Shown: positions 52,462 through 62,005, counted from the first letter of the stretch. The stretch is 64,000 bases of DNA from Patescibacteria group bacterium UBA5738 (GCA_002419295.1 DIFW01000034.1:8098-72097), one strand, 5' to 3'. Made by a program: numbers and translations. Notes: generated by a model from the sequence alone, not told the origin.

Positions 52462-52489
52462 TTGACAGATTGTTTGCAGGTTGTACAAT
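52462..52489 (+). promoter_or_regulatory. Near-consensus promoter in the PP-loop gene/murD spacer
   Basis: TTGACA (52462-52467), 16-nt spacer, TACAAT (52484-52489). Confidence 0.6.
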
Positions 52490-52495
52490 TATTAG

Positions 52496-52740
52496 TGTGA
52501 GAGATGGATGAAGGGGGGGGTAGAGGACGGTACATTTAAAACTCAAGGTTTTGGAAGTAGTTTTTGAAACAAAGGAATTTGTTTTTAAAGATAAAAATTA
52601 TTTTTAAAACTGTCTCTTTGATAAGGACGCTTTGAGCGTCCCGCAAAAAATAGGAGAGCTCTGCGGAATGTTTTCGTTAATCGTTTCTGATTCACCGATC
52701 GGAACCGATTAAGGGAAACATTCCCATCTCCCCTTTTTAT
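52496..52740 (+). ncRNA. Candidate structured RNA of unknown class (about 245 nt)
   Basis: No ORF over 11 codons. Hairpin GGACGCT-ttg-AGCGTCC lies at 52625-52641. A 60-nt compound hairpin (GGAATGTTT..TTAATCG...CGATTAA..AAACATTCC) lies at 52665-52724. The 5' GAGATGG (52501-52507) is complementary to CCATCTC (52724-52730), and a T-rich tail follows. Confidence 0.4.
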
Positions 52741-52769
52741 TTTTGCGCGTTTTTTAAAATTGTTTTTTA

Positions 52770-52778
52770 TGTTAGAAT
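52770..52778 (+). promoter_or_regulatory. Extended -10 element 8 nt upstream of the murD ATG (leaderless or near-leaderless transcript)
   Basis: TGtTAGAAT has the same form as the hrcA promoter's TGgTAGAAT. Confidence 0.4.
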
Positions 52779-52785
52779 TGGTGAT

Positions 52786-54117
52786 ATGGATTATCGCGGC
52801 AAAAAAATATTGATTTTGGGAATGGCTCGAGAGGGGGTTGACAGTTTATGTTATTTTTTAAAGCATCATCCGTCTTTGGAGGTTGCCGCCGCCGATCGCT
52901 TGGAGCCGCAAAAATTGGGCGAATCCGCGCGCGAATTGTTGAAAAATAATCCCCAGATCCGCTATTTTTGCGGCGACGGCTATTTGTCGGCGATCGATGA
53001 TTATGATTTGGTGGTCAAATCGCCGGGGGTGCCGATACATTTGCCCGAAGTTGAAGCGGCATTCAAAAAAAACAAAATCACTTCACAGTCGGAAATATTT
53101 TTCAACAAATGTCCGGGAAAAATTATTGGCATCACCGGCACCAAGGGAAAAAGTACCACTGCCTCAATCATTTACGCAATCTTGCGCCGCGCCGGCAAGA
53201 AAACTTTTCTTTTGGGCAATATCGGCGAGCCGATGCTTTCATATTTGGATGCCGGCAAAAAAGAAACAATCTTTGTTTGTGAGCTTTCCGCTCATCAACT
53301 TTATAATTTAAAGCAAAGCCCCACAGTGGCGGTGTTGCTGAATATATATCCGGAGCATCTCGATTATTATAATAACTATAACGAATATATTCTTGCAAAG
53401 GCGAATATTGCCCTACATCAATCAAAAAATGATTATTTTATCTATAACTCCGATATTCTTGAAGTTAACGCAATCGCGCTAAAATCTCCGGCGCGAAAAA
53501 TCGCCTTTAATGAGTATAATTGGAATTTTTCCGGCAAAACCGAATTGATCGGAGAGTTTAATATGCAAAACGCCAAGATCGGCGCTGTTATCGGCAGGTT
53601 ATTTGGAGTTTCCGATGAGATTATTAACGGGGCGATTGAGGATTTTAAACCATTGGATAATCGTTTGGAATTTATCGGCAATTTTGCCGGCATTGATTGT
53701 TATAATGATTCGTTATCAACTATTCAGGAAAGCGCGGTGGCCGCGATTGCGGCGTTGGGCGAACGAGTGAAAATTTTGATTGCCGGCGGTTTTGATCGGG
53801 GACAGCCTTTCGATAAATTGGCGGTTGCCATTTTATCCGGCAGTATCAAAACTTTGATTTTGTTTTTACCTACCGGATCCAGAATTTGGCGGGAAATTGA
53901 AAATCAAGCGGCGATTTTAGGGAAAAAGGAGCGCTTGGCGGAGTTAAGGTATTATTTTGTGAAAACGATGGAAGAGGCGGTTGATTTGGTTTTTAAAAAT
54001 GGAGAAAACGGCAGTATTTGCCTCCTTTCGGCGGCTTCGGCAAGTTTTGGAGGATTTGCCGATTATGCCGACCGCGGGCGGCGCTTTAAGGAGTGTTTAA
54101 TAATTCGCGCAAATTGA
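52786..54117 (+). CDS. murD: UDP-N-acetylmuramoylalanine--glutamate ligase (MurD family)
   Basis: KILILGMAREG, GITGTKGKSTT, Mur ligase domain order. Confidence 0.9.
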   Translation: MDYRGKKILILGMAREGVDSLCYFLKHHPSLEVAAADRLEPQKLGESARELLKNNPQIRYFCGDGYLSAIDDYDLVVKSPGVPIHLPEVEAAFKKNKITSQSEIFFNKCPGKIIGITGTKGKSTTASIIYAILRRAGKKTFLLGNIGEPMLSYLDAGKKETIFVCELSAHQLYNLKQSPTVAVLLNIYPEHLDYYNNYNEYILAKANIALHQSKNDYFIYNSDILEVNAIALKSPARKIAFNEYNWNFSGKTELIGEFNMQNAKIGAVIGRLFGVSDEIINGAIEDFKPLDNRLEFIGNFAGIDCYNDSLSTIQESAVAAIAALGERVKILIAGGFDRGQPFDKLAVAILSGSIKTLILFLPTGSRIWREIENQAAILGKKERLAELRYYFVKTMEEAVDLVFKNGENGSICLLSAASASFGGFADYADRGRRFKECLIIRAN

Positions 54118-54143
54118 TTGATTTTTGCCGCGACCAAGAATAA

Positions 54144-55295
54144 ATGTCTCCGCAAGAAATAACCAAGGGACCGGATTTTATTTTACTTGCCGCTGTTGGT
54201 ACGGCGTTGGTTTTGGGCGTGATGATTTTATCTAGCGCTTCGGCGATGTTGTCGCAAGTGAAATATCATGACAGTTATTATTTATTGTGCCATCAATTGT
54301 TATTCGGAATTTTGCCTGGGTTGGTCGGCGGGCTTTTGGTTTATATGATACCGATTTCTTTGGTGCGAAAATTCGCTCCATTTTTGCTTTTGCTAGCAAT
54401 CGGGCTTTTAATTTTGGTTTTTGTCCCGGGGTTCGGGTTTGCCGCCGGCGGGGCGCAAAGATGGATTCATTTGGGATTTGCCACGATCCAGCCCGCGGAA
54501 ATTTTGAAATTGTCTTTTATTGTTTATCTTGCCAGTTGGCTGGCTTCCCGAATTGATGGTGCCGCGAAAGTCGCGAAAAATGCCAAAAACGAATTTCAAA
54601 ATACTCTAGCGGCGTTTGTTCTCGTGGTTGCCATGATTGGCGGCCTGCTTTTAAAGCAACCGGATATGAGCACATTTGGCATCGTCGCGCTCACCGCTTG
54701 CGCGATGTATTTTTTGGCCGGTACGCCGTTAAAACATATCTTTTTGATTGTTTTCGCGGGTTTGGCGGGGTTGGCGATTTTAGTTTTTTCGGCATCCTAT
54801 CGATTGGATCGTTTGACTTCTTGGATGTCGCCGGAATCGGACCCAATGGGGAAAGGATTTCAATCCGGACAAGCGATGATCAGTGTGGGATCGGGCGGAA
54901 TTTTTGGACAGGGATTTGGCGCGTCTTCTCAAAAATACGCTTTTTTACCCGAATTGATTGGCGATTCCATCTTTGCTCCCTATGCCCATGAATTGGGTTT
55001 TGCGGGCGGAGTGATATTGGTGGGAATCTTTATGATTTTTGCCTGGCGCGGATTTCTGATTGCCCGTGCCAGCCGGTCAAAATTTGAATATTTGACGGCC
55101 TGCGGCATTGTTTTCTGGATTGTGGTGCAGGCAATGGTTAATATCTCTTCAACGGTGAGAATCGTACCTCTTACCGGAATTCCTTTGCCGTTTATCAGTT
55201 ATGGCGGTACCGCGATTATTATGGAGTTGGTTGCGGTTGGATTGTTGCTTAATATCTCGCGCCATGGACGCGATGCCGCGGGGACTTCAAAATAA
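54144..55295 (+). CDS. ftsW: SEDS-family peptidoglycan glycosyltransferase FtsW/RodA
   Basis: 10 TM; QPAEILKL, SDFIFA-like GDSIFAPYAHELGF, PLPFISYGGTA. Confidence 0.9.
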   Translation: MSPQEITKGPDFILLAAVGTALVLGVMILSSASAMLSQVKYHDSYYLLCHQLLFGILPGLVGGLLVYMIPISLVRKFAPFLLLLAIGLLILVFVPGFGFAAGGAQRWIHLGFATIQPAEILKLSFIVYLASWLASRIDGAAKVAKNAKNEFQNTLAAFVLVVAMIGGLLLKQPDMSTFGIVALTACAMYFLAGTPLKHIFLIVFAGLAGLAILVFSASYRLDRLTSWMSPESDPMGKGFQSGQAMISVGSGGIFGQGFGASSQKYAFLPELIGDSIFAPYAHELGFAGGVILVGIFMIFAWRGFLIARASRSKFEYLTACGIVFWIVVQAMVNISSTVRIVPLTGIPLPFISYGGTAIIMELVAVGLLLNISRHGRDAAGTSK

Positions 55296-55366
55296 CCGAA
55301 AATTGTTGTATCATTCTCTACATAGAGCTTACAGGGTCAAAATTATTATTTTCGCAAAATAAACCA

Positions 55367-56488
55367 ATGAAAATACTTTTTACCGGCGGCGGCACCGGCG
55401 GGCATATTTATCCGATCGTGGCGGTGGTGCGAGAGTTGAAAAAAAGATATGGCGGGAATATTAAACTTTCTTATTTGGGTCCGAAAGATAATTTTTGCAA
55501 AGTGGTGCTGGCCAAAGAACAAGTGAAAGTACGCACTATTGTGGCGGGCAAACTGCGGCGGTATGGCAATCCGTTGTCAATTGCGCAAAACATTATCGAT
55601 ATGTTTATCAAAATTCCGTTTGGAGTTTTGCAATCCTTTTTCTTGCTTTTTTTCATCAATCCCGACGCGGTTTTTTCAAAGGGCGGTTATGGCTCTTTCC
55701 CGGTGGCGGTTGCGGCATGGGCATTGCGGATACCGTTATTTTTACAGGAATCCGATATTATTGCCGGGCTTGCCGCGAAAAAAACTGCGCGATATGCAAC
55801 TAAAATTTTCGTTTCTTTTCCGAACACCCAGGGATTTCTCGCGCAAAAAATAATATTGTCGGGCAATCCTGTGCGCGCCGAGATATCGGGCGGATCAAAA
55901 GATGGAGCGGTGAAGGCGCTGGGAATCAAGGGCGGCCGGCCGATTATTTTGGTGGTCGGAGGCTCGCAGGGGGCGCAAAGAATCAATGATAAAATATTGG
56001 ATGCGATGCCTGATTTGTTGAAAACATATGAAATTATCCATATTGTCGGGCCGCGCAACCTTGATCAATTAAACAAAGAATCAAGAATTATGGCGCGGGA
56101 AAGCGATTTGGAATATTATCATTCGCTCGGTTTTGCGAATGAAAAAACAATGGCTGATGTTTATGCCGCCGCGGACTTGATTGTGAGCCGCGCCGGGTCG
56201 GGAAGCGTTTTTGAAATTGCCGCGGTAAAAAAGCCCAGTATTTTGATACCCTTGCCCGAAGCCGCCCAAAATCACCAAGTGAAAAACGCCTATGCCTATG
56301 CTCAAACCGGCGCGGCGATGGTGATGGAGGAGGGAAACTTTACGAGGCATCTTTTTTTGGAAAAAATTAATGGTTTGTTTTCCACGCCGGAAATGACAGC
56401 GGCAATGGTAGAAGCGGCGTCTCAATTTGCGCGTCCGGCTGCCGGGCAAACGATTGCCGATTACATTGTTAAATATATTTCCAAATGA
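55367..56488 (+). CDS. murG: UDP-N-acetylglucosamine--N-acetylmuramyl-(pentapeptide) pyrophosphoryl-undecaprenol GlcNAc transferase
   Basis: FTGGGTGGHIYP, VVGGSQGA, SRAGSGSVFE. Confidence 0.92.
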   Translation: MKILFTGGGTGGHIYPIVAVVRELKKRYGGNIKLSYLGPKDNFCKVVLAKEQVKVRTIVAGKLRRYGNPLSIAQNIIDMFIKIPFGVLQSFFLLFFINPDAVFSKGGYGSFPVAVAAWALRIPLFLQESDIIAGLAAKKTARYATKIFVSFPNTQGFLAQKIILSGNPVRAEISGGSKDGAVKALGIKGGRPIILVVGGSQGAQRINDKILDAMPDLLKTYEIIHIVGPRNLDQLNKESRIMARESDLEYYHSLGFANEKTMADVYAAADLIVSRAGSGSVFEIAAVKKPSILIPLPEAAQNHQVKNAYAYAQTGAAMVMEEGNFTRHLFLEKINGLFSTPEMTAAMVEAASQFARPAAGQTIADYIVKYISK

Positions 56489-56495
56489 CGCTTTT

Positions 56496-58058
56496 ATGGA
56501 AAAAGAAATTCTAAAAAGTGGCAACAAAACGGTAAAAGTGAGAATGCCGCCGTCTCCGACCGGGTTTATGCATATCGGCACCTTGCGGATGGCGCTTTTT
56601 AATTACATTTTTGCCAAACAGAACAACGGGAAAATTGTTTTGCGCATGGAGGATACCGATAAGGAGCGATCCAAAAAAGAATATGCCGATGATATCTTGG
56701 ACGGGTTGAAATGGTTGGGGCTTGATTGGGATGAAGGTCCTTTTTATCAAACTCAAAGAACGGAAATCTACAAGCGTTATCTGCAAAAATTGATTGAGGA
56801 AAACAGGGCATATCATTGTTTTTGTTCGTCCGAAGAGCTCGAGGCGCGACGGCAATATCAAATGTCGCGCGGCGAGGCGCCGGTTTATTCGGGCAAATGC
56901 GCCAATCTTTCCGTCCGGGAGGCGCGGGATTTGTTGGATCAAGGCAAAAAATCCGTTATCAGATTCCGCGCGGAAAATAAAAAAATAAAGTTTAACGATT
57001 TGGTCCGCGGAGAGATCGAATTCGATACCGGGCTGACCGGCGATTTCGTGATTGCCAAGGATATGGATAACGCGCTTTATAATTTTACGGTCGTGGTGGA
57101 TGATTTTGATATGGGAATTACCCATGTGATTCGCGGCGAGGATCACATTTCCAACACTCCCAAGCAGATATTGGTTCAAGAGGCGCTGGGGATTGCCCGG
57201 CCCGAGTACGCGCATTTACCAATTATTATGGGCGCGGATCGTAGCAAGCTTTCCAAGCGCCACGGCGCGGTTGGAATAACCGAATACCGCCGCCAGGGTT
57301 ATTTAAAGGAAGCCCTTATAAATTTTACCGCTTTTTTGGGATGGAATCCGGGAACGGAAAAAGAGATTTATTCGATGGAAGAATTATTGCGGGATTTTTC
57401 CATGGGCAAGGTGCAGAAAGGGGGAGCGGTGTTCAATCCGGTTCGGCTTGACTATTTGAATTCTTTCTATATCAAACAAAGCGACCCCAAGACTTTGGCA
57501 GAAATGTGTTTGCCGTATTTTATTTCCGCCGGATATGTCGCAAAAGAAAAATCAGAAACCGGATTTTTTTACAAAAACGCCAAAACGGGGGAGCGCCTCG
57601 ATTTTGAATTTATCAAAAAAATCGTTTTATATCAGCAACCCCGCTTAAAAAAACTTTCGGAGATTGCCGAGGTTTCGAATTATTTTTTTGAGAGAGTTTT
57701 GTCATACGAAAAAGAATTGTTGAAATGGAAAGATTCGTCTTTCGCGGAAACAAAACTTGCTCTTGACAAAATAGAAAATATATTTTCAAAAATAGAAGCG
57801 GGGGATTGGACCCGGCAAAATCTGGAAAAGACGGTTTTACCGCAATCGTTAGAGTTTAATTTATCAATCGGAAAACCGGAAAAAGACCGCGGCTATTTGT
57901 TATGGCCTCTGCGCGTGGCGCTTTGCGGACAAAAAATGTCGATTGGTCCGTTTGAAATGGCCGATGTTTTGGGAAAGGAAAAAACTTTGCGGCGGATTGC
58001 CGATGCCGCGGAGATTATAAGTGGTTCAACATGCGCGCCGACTCTATTCAATCAATAG
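56496..58058 (+). CDS. gltX: Glutamate--tRNA ligase
   Basis: RMPPSPTGFMHIGT (HIGH), KLSKRHG (KMSKS). ATG 56496 is preferred over the start overlapping murG. Confidence 0.92.
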   Translation: MEKEILKSGNKTVKVRMPPSPTGFMHIGTLRMALFNYIFAKQNNGKIVLRMEDTDKERSKKEYADDILDGLKWLGLDWDEGPFYQTQRTEIYKRYLQKLIEENRAYHCFCSSEELEARRQYQMSRGEAPVYSGKCANLSVREARDLLDQGKKSVIRFRAENKKIKFNDLVRGEIEFDTGLTGDFVIAKDMDNALYNFTVVVDDFDMGITHVIRGEDHISNTPKQILVQEALGIARPEYAHLPIIMGADRSKLSKRHGAVGITEYRRQGYLKEALINFTAFLGWNPGTEKEIYSMEELLRDFSMGKVQKGGAVFNPVRLDYLNSFYIKQSDPKTLAEMCLPYFISAGYVAKEKSETGFFYKNAKTGERLDFEFIKKIVLYQQPRLKKLSEIAEVSNYFFERVLSYEKELLKWKDSSFAETKLALDKIENIFSKIEAGDWTRQNLEKTVLPQSLEFNLSIGKPEKDRGYLLWPLRVALCGQKMSIGPFEMADVLGKEKTLRRIADAAEIISGSTCAPTLFNQ

Positions 58059-58333
58059 GTTTTGCCGTCTTCAAACTGGCTTTACTGGCGGTTTTGGTGG
58101 TATTGGGGATTGTTTTTGTGCCGGAAACGGCGGTGGATTATCTCCGTGGCGGCGTTGATGCCGCAAGAGTTTATTTATGGCGGCAGGTGGAAGAACGGGG
58201 GCCGGCGATCAAAGAAGACATCGCGCGCCAAACCGAAGAAACAAAAGATGACGCAAAAATACTATCCGATAAATTTCTTGAAGAACAATGGCCTCGCTTT
58301 AAAAATTGGTTTACGAAACAATTTATCTATTAG
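58031..58333 (+). CDS. Small membrane-anchored protein, unknown function
   Basis: 100 aa with one TM (FAVFKLALLAVLVVLGIVFV). It overlaps the gltX 3' end by 28 nt. Confidence 0.4.
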   Translation: MRADSIQSIGFAVFKLALLAVLVVLGIVFVPETAVDYLRGGVDAARVYLWRQVEERGPAIKEDIARQTEETKDDAKILSDKFLEEQWPRFKNWFTKQFIY

Positions 58334-58384
58334 ATCGGGGGTAATGCGTTTTAATTTACGGGGGAGGTCTTTTGCCAATTATAG

Positions 58385-58400
58385 TAAATGTCGCACAATA
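58385..58400 (+). repeat. 16-nt direct repeat TAAATGTCGCACAATA, left copy (upstream of xer gene)
   Basis: Exact match to 59670-59685. Confidence 0.85.
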
Positions 58401-58652
58401 GAGGTTAATGGTCGTTGTTGCGGTAATTTTGCCAAAAAACGGTATTTTGGGCAGATTGGCGGTTCGTCCGGTATTTTTGCTGTTTGACGAACACTGCCTA
58501 AAAGCTGATGGCTACCCTATCGCAAGGGAAGCGAATTTTTCCAAAAACATTCTTTATATTTTTTGTTTTTATTTTTTATTTTAATTTTATTTTGTTTTTG
58601 CATCTTATTCTATTTTGCCATAATTAACATTCCCCGCTTAATTCTAAAACAA

Positions 58653-59630
58653 ATGAACAAGTCGGATAAATCAATTATCAGCCATATCCCCGATTTTCTT
58701 GATTATTGCGAGATTGAGAAAGGCCTTTCGGAAAATACTCAGATAAATTATCGCCGCTATTTGCAAAAATTCATCAATTGGCTCAAAAAAGAAAAAAAAG
58801 ACGGTATTTTGCCTCACGAGCTGTCGGCGGATGATATTTGGACCTATCGGGTGTATTTGAGCCGTTTTATTGACCCGCGGGGCGATAATTTATCCAAAGC
58901 CACCCAGAACTACTACTTAATCGCTTTGCGGGCGTTATTGGGCTATTTTACGGCTAAAGACATTGTTTGTTTGCCGGCGGACAAGATAAATTTGTCGCGC
59001 GACGCCAAGAAGGAAAAAGCCGTCAAGTTTTTGAACTTGGATCAGATGGAGAGACTTTTGTTATCTCCGGATACTGCTGTTGATTCGGGAGTGCGCGACC
59101 GCGCAATTTTGGAAACACTTTTTTCCACCGGTCTGCGTATTGCCGAATTGGTTGGTTTGAATCGCGAGCAATTTGCCAATCTGGCGGAAAACAAGGAGTT
59201 GGAATTGAGTATTGTCGGCAAAGGAAAGTATCCGCGCGCGGTTTATTTTTCCGGACGAGCGCTGGAATGGATCAAAAAATATCTAAAAATACGCGATGAT
59301 CTTTGCGATAAAGAAGAAAAAGCGTTATTTATTAATTTTCGATCGCGCAAAGACGCGCAAAAACGGCTTACCTCCCGTTCTATTGAAAGATTGGTGAAAA
59401 AATATGCCGTAATCGCCAATGTGCCGCTATTTACCACGCCGCATACCTTGCGCCACTCCATGGCCACGGATTTGCTGGCGCAAGGCGCGGATTTGCGCGC
59501 CATTCAAGAATTTTTGGGCCATCGCAGTATTATGACCACGCAAATTTATACTCATGTTACCAACAAGCGGTTGCGCGACATTCACCGCCAATTCCACAGC
59601 GGCCGGAATTTGAAAAATAGCAAAGATTAG
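58653..59630 (+). CDS. xerC: Tyrosine recombinase, XerC/XerD family
   Basis: N-terminal SAM-like domain (LDYCEIEKGLSENTQINYRRYL), catalytic GLRIAEL, HTLRHSMAT, LGHRSIMTTQIYTHV. ATG 58653 is preferred. Confidence 0.88.
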   Translation: MNKSDKSIISHIPDFLDYCEIEKGLSENTQINYRRYLQKFINWLKKEKKDGILPHELSADDIWTYRVYLSRFIDPRGDNLSKATQNYYLIALRALLGYFTAKDIVCLPADKINLSRDAKKEKAVKFLNLDQMERLLLSPDTAVDSGVRDRAILETLFSTGLRIAELVGLNREQFANLAENKELELSIVGKGKYPRAVYFSGRALEWIKKYLKIRDDLCDKEEKALFINFRSRKDAQKRLTSRSIERLVKKYAVIANVPLFTTPHTLRHSMATDLLAQGADLRAIQEFLGHRSIMTTQIYTHVTNKRLRDIHRQFHSGRNLKNSKD

Positions 59631-59635
59631 AGATT

Positions 59636-59661
59636 AAAAAACCGCTAAAAGCGGTTCTTTT
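59636..59661. terminator. Bidirectional intrinsic terminator
   Basis: AAAAAACCGC-taaaa-GCGGTTCTTTT. Confidence 0.75.
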
Positions 59662-59669
59662 GCGGGTTA

Positions 59670-59685
59670 TAAATGTCGCACAATA
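59670..59685 (+). repeat. 16-nt direct repeat TAAATGTCGCACAATA, right copy
   Basis: Exact match to 58385-58400. Confidence 0.85.
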
Positions 59686-59689
59686 TTAA

Positions 59690-60340
59690 TTAGAACTTTA
59701 CGGGAACGATGAGTTGGTTGTTATGTTCGGGCAGGCCCGAGGGATTGTTTTTCTCCAGAATCAGGGTCCCTGTTGCCGTTGTTGGCGCGTCAAATTCAAT
59801 AACGGCTAAAAATTCCACAAAATCTTCGGTCATCCAATCGCTTTGCGCTTGCGCGCTTCCCCGCCCGATTTCATTGTTATTTTCGTCAAATAATTTGACG
59901 GGAAAATCAGCTTCAAAAAACCATTTGCCGCGGGCTTGTCCGCTAATCGTCGAAGGGCTGGCAATTCGCGCGTTGGGGCGGGGTGAATAGATTTTTATCA
60001 GATCCAGCAATTCCATTTCATTGCCGATATTTTCCGTGAAAGATTTTCCATCGGCAAAACATTGCGCTGGATAAATTTCTTCGACAGGGTAGCCGGCGGC
60101 GGCGCATTCTTCAAAATTTTTTATTTTATCATTAGCGCTATTATCTAAATTCGCGGAATTATCGTCGTTGGCGAGTCGGTCATTGTTTGTTGTTGCCGCC
60201 GGCTTTGGTTTGTCGGCGCGATCAGTTGACATTACCGCGACTTTGGATGTTTGGTGTTGAATAAAAACAATACAGCCGGTGATAAGGGTGATACCGATTA
60301 AAGATAGCAACAACAAAATAAAAAATTCTTTTTGTTCCAT
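59690..60340 (-). CDS. Membrane-anchored protein with Gmad2-like Ig domain
   Basis: N-terminal TM, low-complexity linker, then SPRPNARIASPSTISGQARGKWFFEADFPVKLFDENN...LILEKNNPSGLPE. Confidence 0.6.
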   Translation of the reverse strand: MEQKEFFILLLLSLIGITLITGCIVFIQHQTSKVAVMSTDRADKPKPAATTNNDRLANDDNSANLDNSANDKIKNFEECAAAGYPVEEIYPAQCFADGKSFTENIGNEMELLDLIKIYSPRPNARIASPSTISGQARGKWFFEADFPVKLFDENNNEIGRGSAQAQSDWMTEDFVEFLAVIEFDAPTTATGTLILEKNNPSGLPEHNNQLIVPVKF

Positions 60341-60363
60341 AATTTTAAACTTTGGATATTTTC

Positions 60364-61431
60364 TTAGGCGTTGGCGCGGATTTCAATCACATCGCCATCT
60401 TGGACGATATATTCTTTGCCTTCGGTGCGCAAAAGTCCTTTTTCCCGCGCTTGCGCAAAACCGCCGGAGTTCAACAGTTCTTGCCAATTGATCACTTCGG
60501 CGCGAATGAATTTTTTCTCAAAATCCGTGTGGATGACGCCGCCGGCTTTGGGGGCCGCGCTCCCCCTTTTTAGCGTCCATGCGCGGGTTTCGTCCGGACC
60601 CGTGGTGAAAAAAGTGATTAAATCCAAAAGTTCGTATGATTTTTTTATCAACAGATCAAGATTTTCTCCCGAAGGCAAATTGAAATCTTTTTTTTCTTGA
60701 TCGGTGAGCCCTTCGCCCTCGCTTTCTCCCAAGATATCAATGGCGATATGCGGCCAGTCGTTTTTTTCAAATTTTGCCAAAATCTCCGAATTGATCGCGT
60801 TTTGGTTTCCATTGAGAACATAAAGGCGCGGTTTCATTGTTAAGAGCTGGTAGCGGTTGATAATAGATTTTTCTTCATTGGTAAAAACAATTTCCGATAA
60901 TATTTTTCCTTCTTCCAACAGAGGTTTGATTTTTTGTAAAACCGCCAATTCTTCTTTGGCTCCGGGCTTATTGCCGCGGGTTTCGCTTTCGGCGGCTTCC
61001 GTTCGCTTGCAAACGGTTTCCAAATCTTTTAACGCCAATTCGGTATCAAGAATTTCTTTTTCTCCGGCCGGATCAACTTTGTTTTGCGTATTAACAATCT
61101 TTTCGTCGCCAAACGCGCGCAAAATATACAAAATCGCGTCGGTTTCGCGGATGTTTTGCAAAAACTTATTCCCCAGACCTTCTCCTTGCGCCGCGCCTCT
61201 CACCAATCCGGCAATATCCACAAATTCCACCGTGGCAAAAATTTTTTTTGCCGAATTGGTCAGTTTGGCCAGATTATCGACGCGCTCGTCGGCAACCGGC
61301 ACCATGCCGATATTCGGCTCAATGGTGCAAAACGGATAATTGGCGCATTCCGCCTGTTTTTTGGTGATGGCTTTAAACAGCGTTGACTTGCCCACATTGG
61401 GCAACCCCACGATTCCGACATGTAAACTCAT
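60364..61431 (-). CDS. ychF: Redox-regulated ATPase YchF (Obg-like)
   Basis: GIVGLPNVGKSTLF and DIAGLVRGA motifs, and a C-terminal TGS-like domain (LRTEGKEYIVQDGDVI). Confidence 0.92.
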   Translation of the reverse strand: MSLHVGIVGLPNVGKSTLFKAITKKQAECANYPFCTIEPNIGMVPVADERVDNLAKLTNSAKKIFATVEFVDIAGLVRGAAQGEGLGNKFLQNIRETDAILYILRAFGDEKIVNTQNKVDPAGEKEILDTELALKDLETVCKRTEAAESETRGNKPGAKEELAVLQKIKPLLEEGKILSEIVFTNEEKSIINRYQLLTMKPRLYVLNGNQNAINSEILAKFEKNDWPHIAIDILGESEGEGLTDQEKKDFNLPSGENLDLLIKKSYELLDLITFFTTGPDETRAWTLKRGSAAPKAGGVIHTDFEKKFIRAEVINWQELLNSGGFAQAREKGLLRTEGKEYIVQDGDVIEIRANA

Positions 61432-61629
61432 AAGTAAAAATAATCATTAATTATTGATCGTCGATAATTTGAATCCGACTAAAAATTAAAGATTAGCCGA
61501 TTAACGATTTATACTTGATTATTGCCTGTTTTCGCTCAAAATTCAAGGAGTGCAATACATATGCGGACTTAGACAGTTTGTGAAACGCAGTCGCTTCCTT
61601 TTTTACAAATTTGCGTAAAACTCGTACCG

Positions 61630-61659
61630 AAAAAACAGGGGTTGGCCCCCTGTTTTTTA
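61630..61659. terminator. Bidirectional intrinsic terminator
   Basis: AAAAAACAGGGGG-ttgg-CCCCCTGTTTTTT. Confidence 0.8.
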
Positions 61660-61672
61660 ATTGACGAGTTTG

Positions 61673-62005
61673 TTATTTTGCTTTGTTTATTAAATACAAT
61701 ACAATCGAAAGCACAACGCTGAAAAGCATGGAATACCAGAAGCCATTAACTTTAAAACCCGGGACAATGGCCGAAGCCATCATAATGATCAGCGCGTTGA
61801 TGACCAGCGTGAACAATCCCAAAGTTAAGATATTGATCGGCAGGGTGAGGATTAGAAGCAGAGGTTTTATGGAAACATTCAGCAATCCAAGAACGAGCGC
61901 CACTAAAAGCGCGGCCCAAAATCCCGACAGCGTAACCCCGGGCAAAATATAAGCCGAAACGATAACCGCGGCTGTCATCACCAGCCAATTGATTAAGATG
62001 TTCAT
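61673..62005 (-). CDS. Four-TM membrane protein, phage-holin-family-4/DUF360-like
   Basis: 110 aa; INWLVMTAAVIVSAYILPGV...LNVSIKPLLLILTLPINILTLGLF. Confidence 0.65.
   Translation of the reverse strand: MNILINWLVMTAAVIVSAYILPGVTLSGFWAALLVALVLGLLNVSIKPLLLILTLPINILTLGLFTLVINALIIMMASAIVPGFKVNGFWYSMLFSVVLSIVLYLINKAK

Noticed and set aside
56511-57215. 234-aa minus-strand ORF
   Set aside because: It is antisense to gltX: a shadow ORF.
58062-58487. 141-aa Arg/Trp-rich plus-strand ORF
   Set aside because: It overlaps the more plausible TM-protein ORF 58031-58333 in another frame, and its composition looks non-coding.
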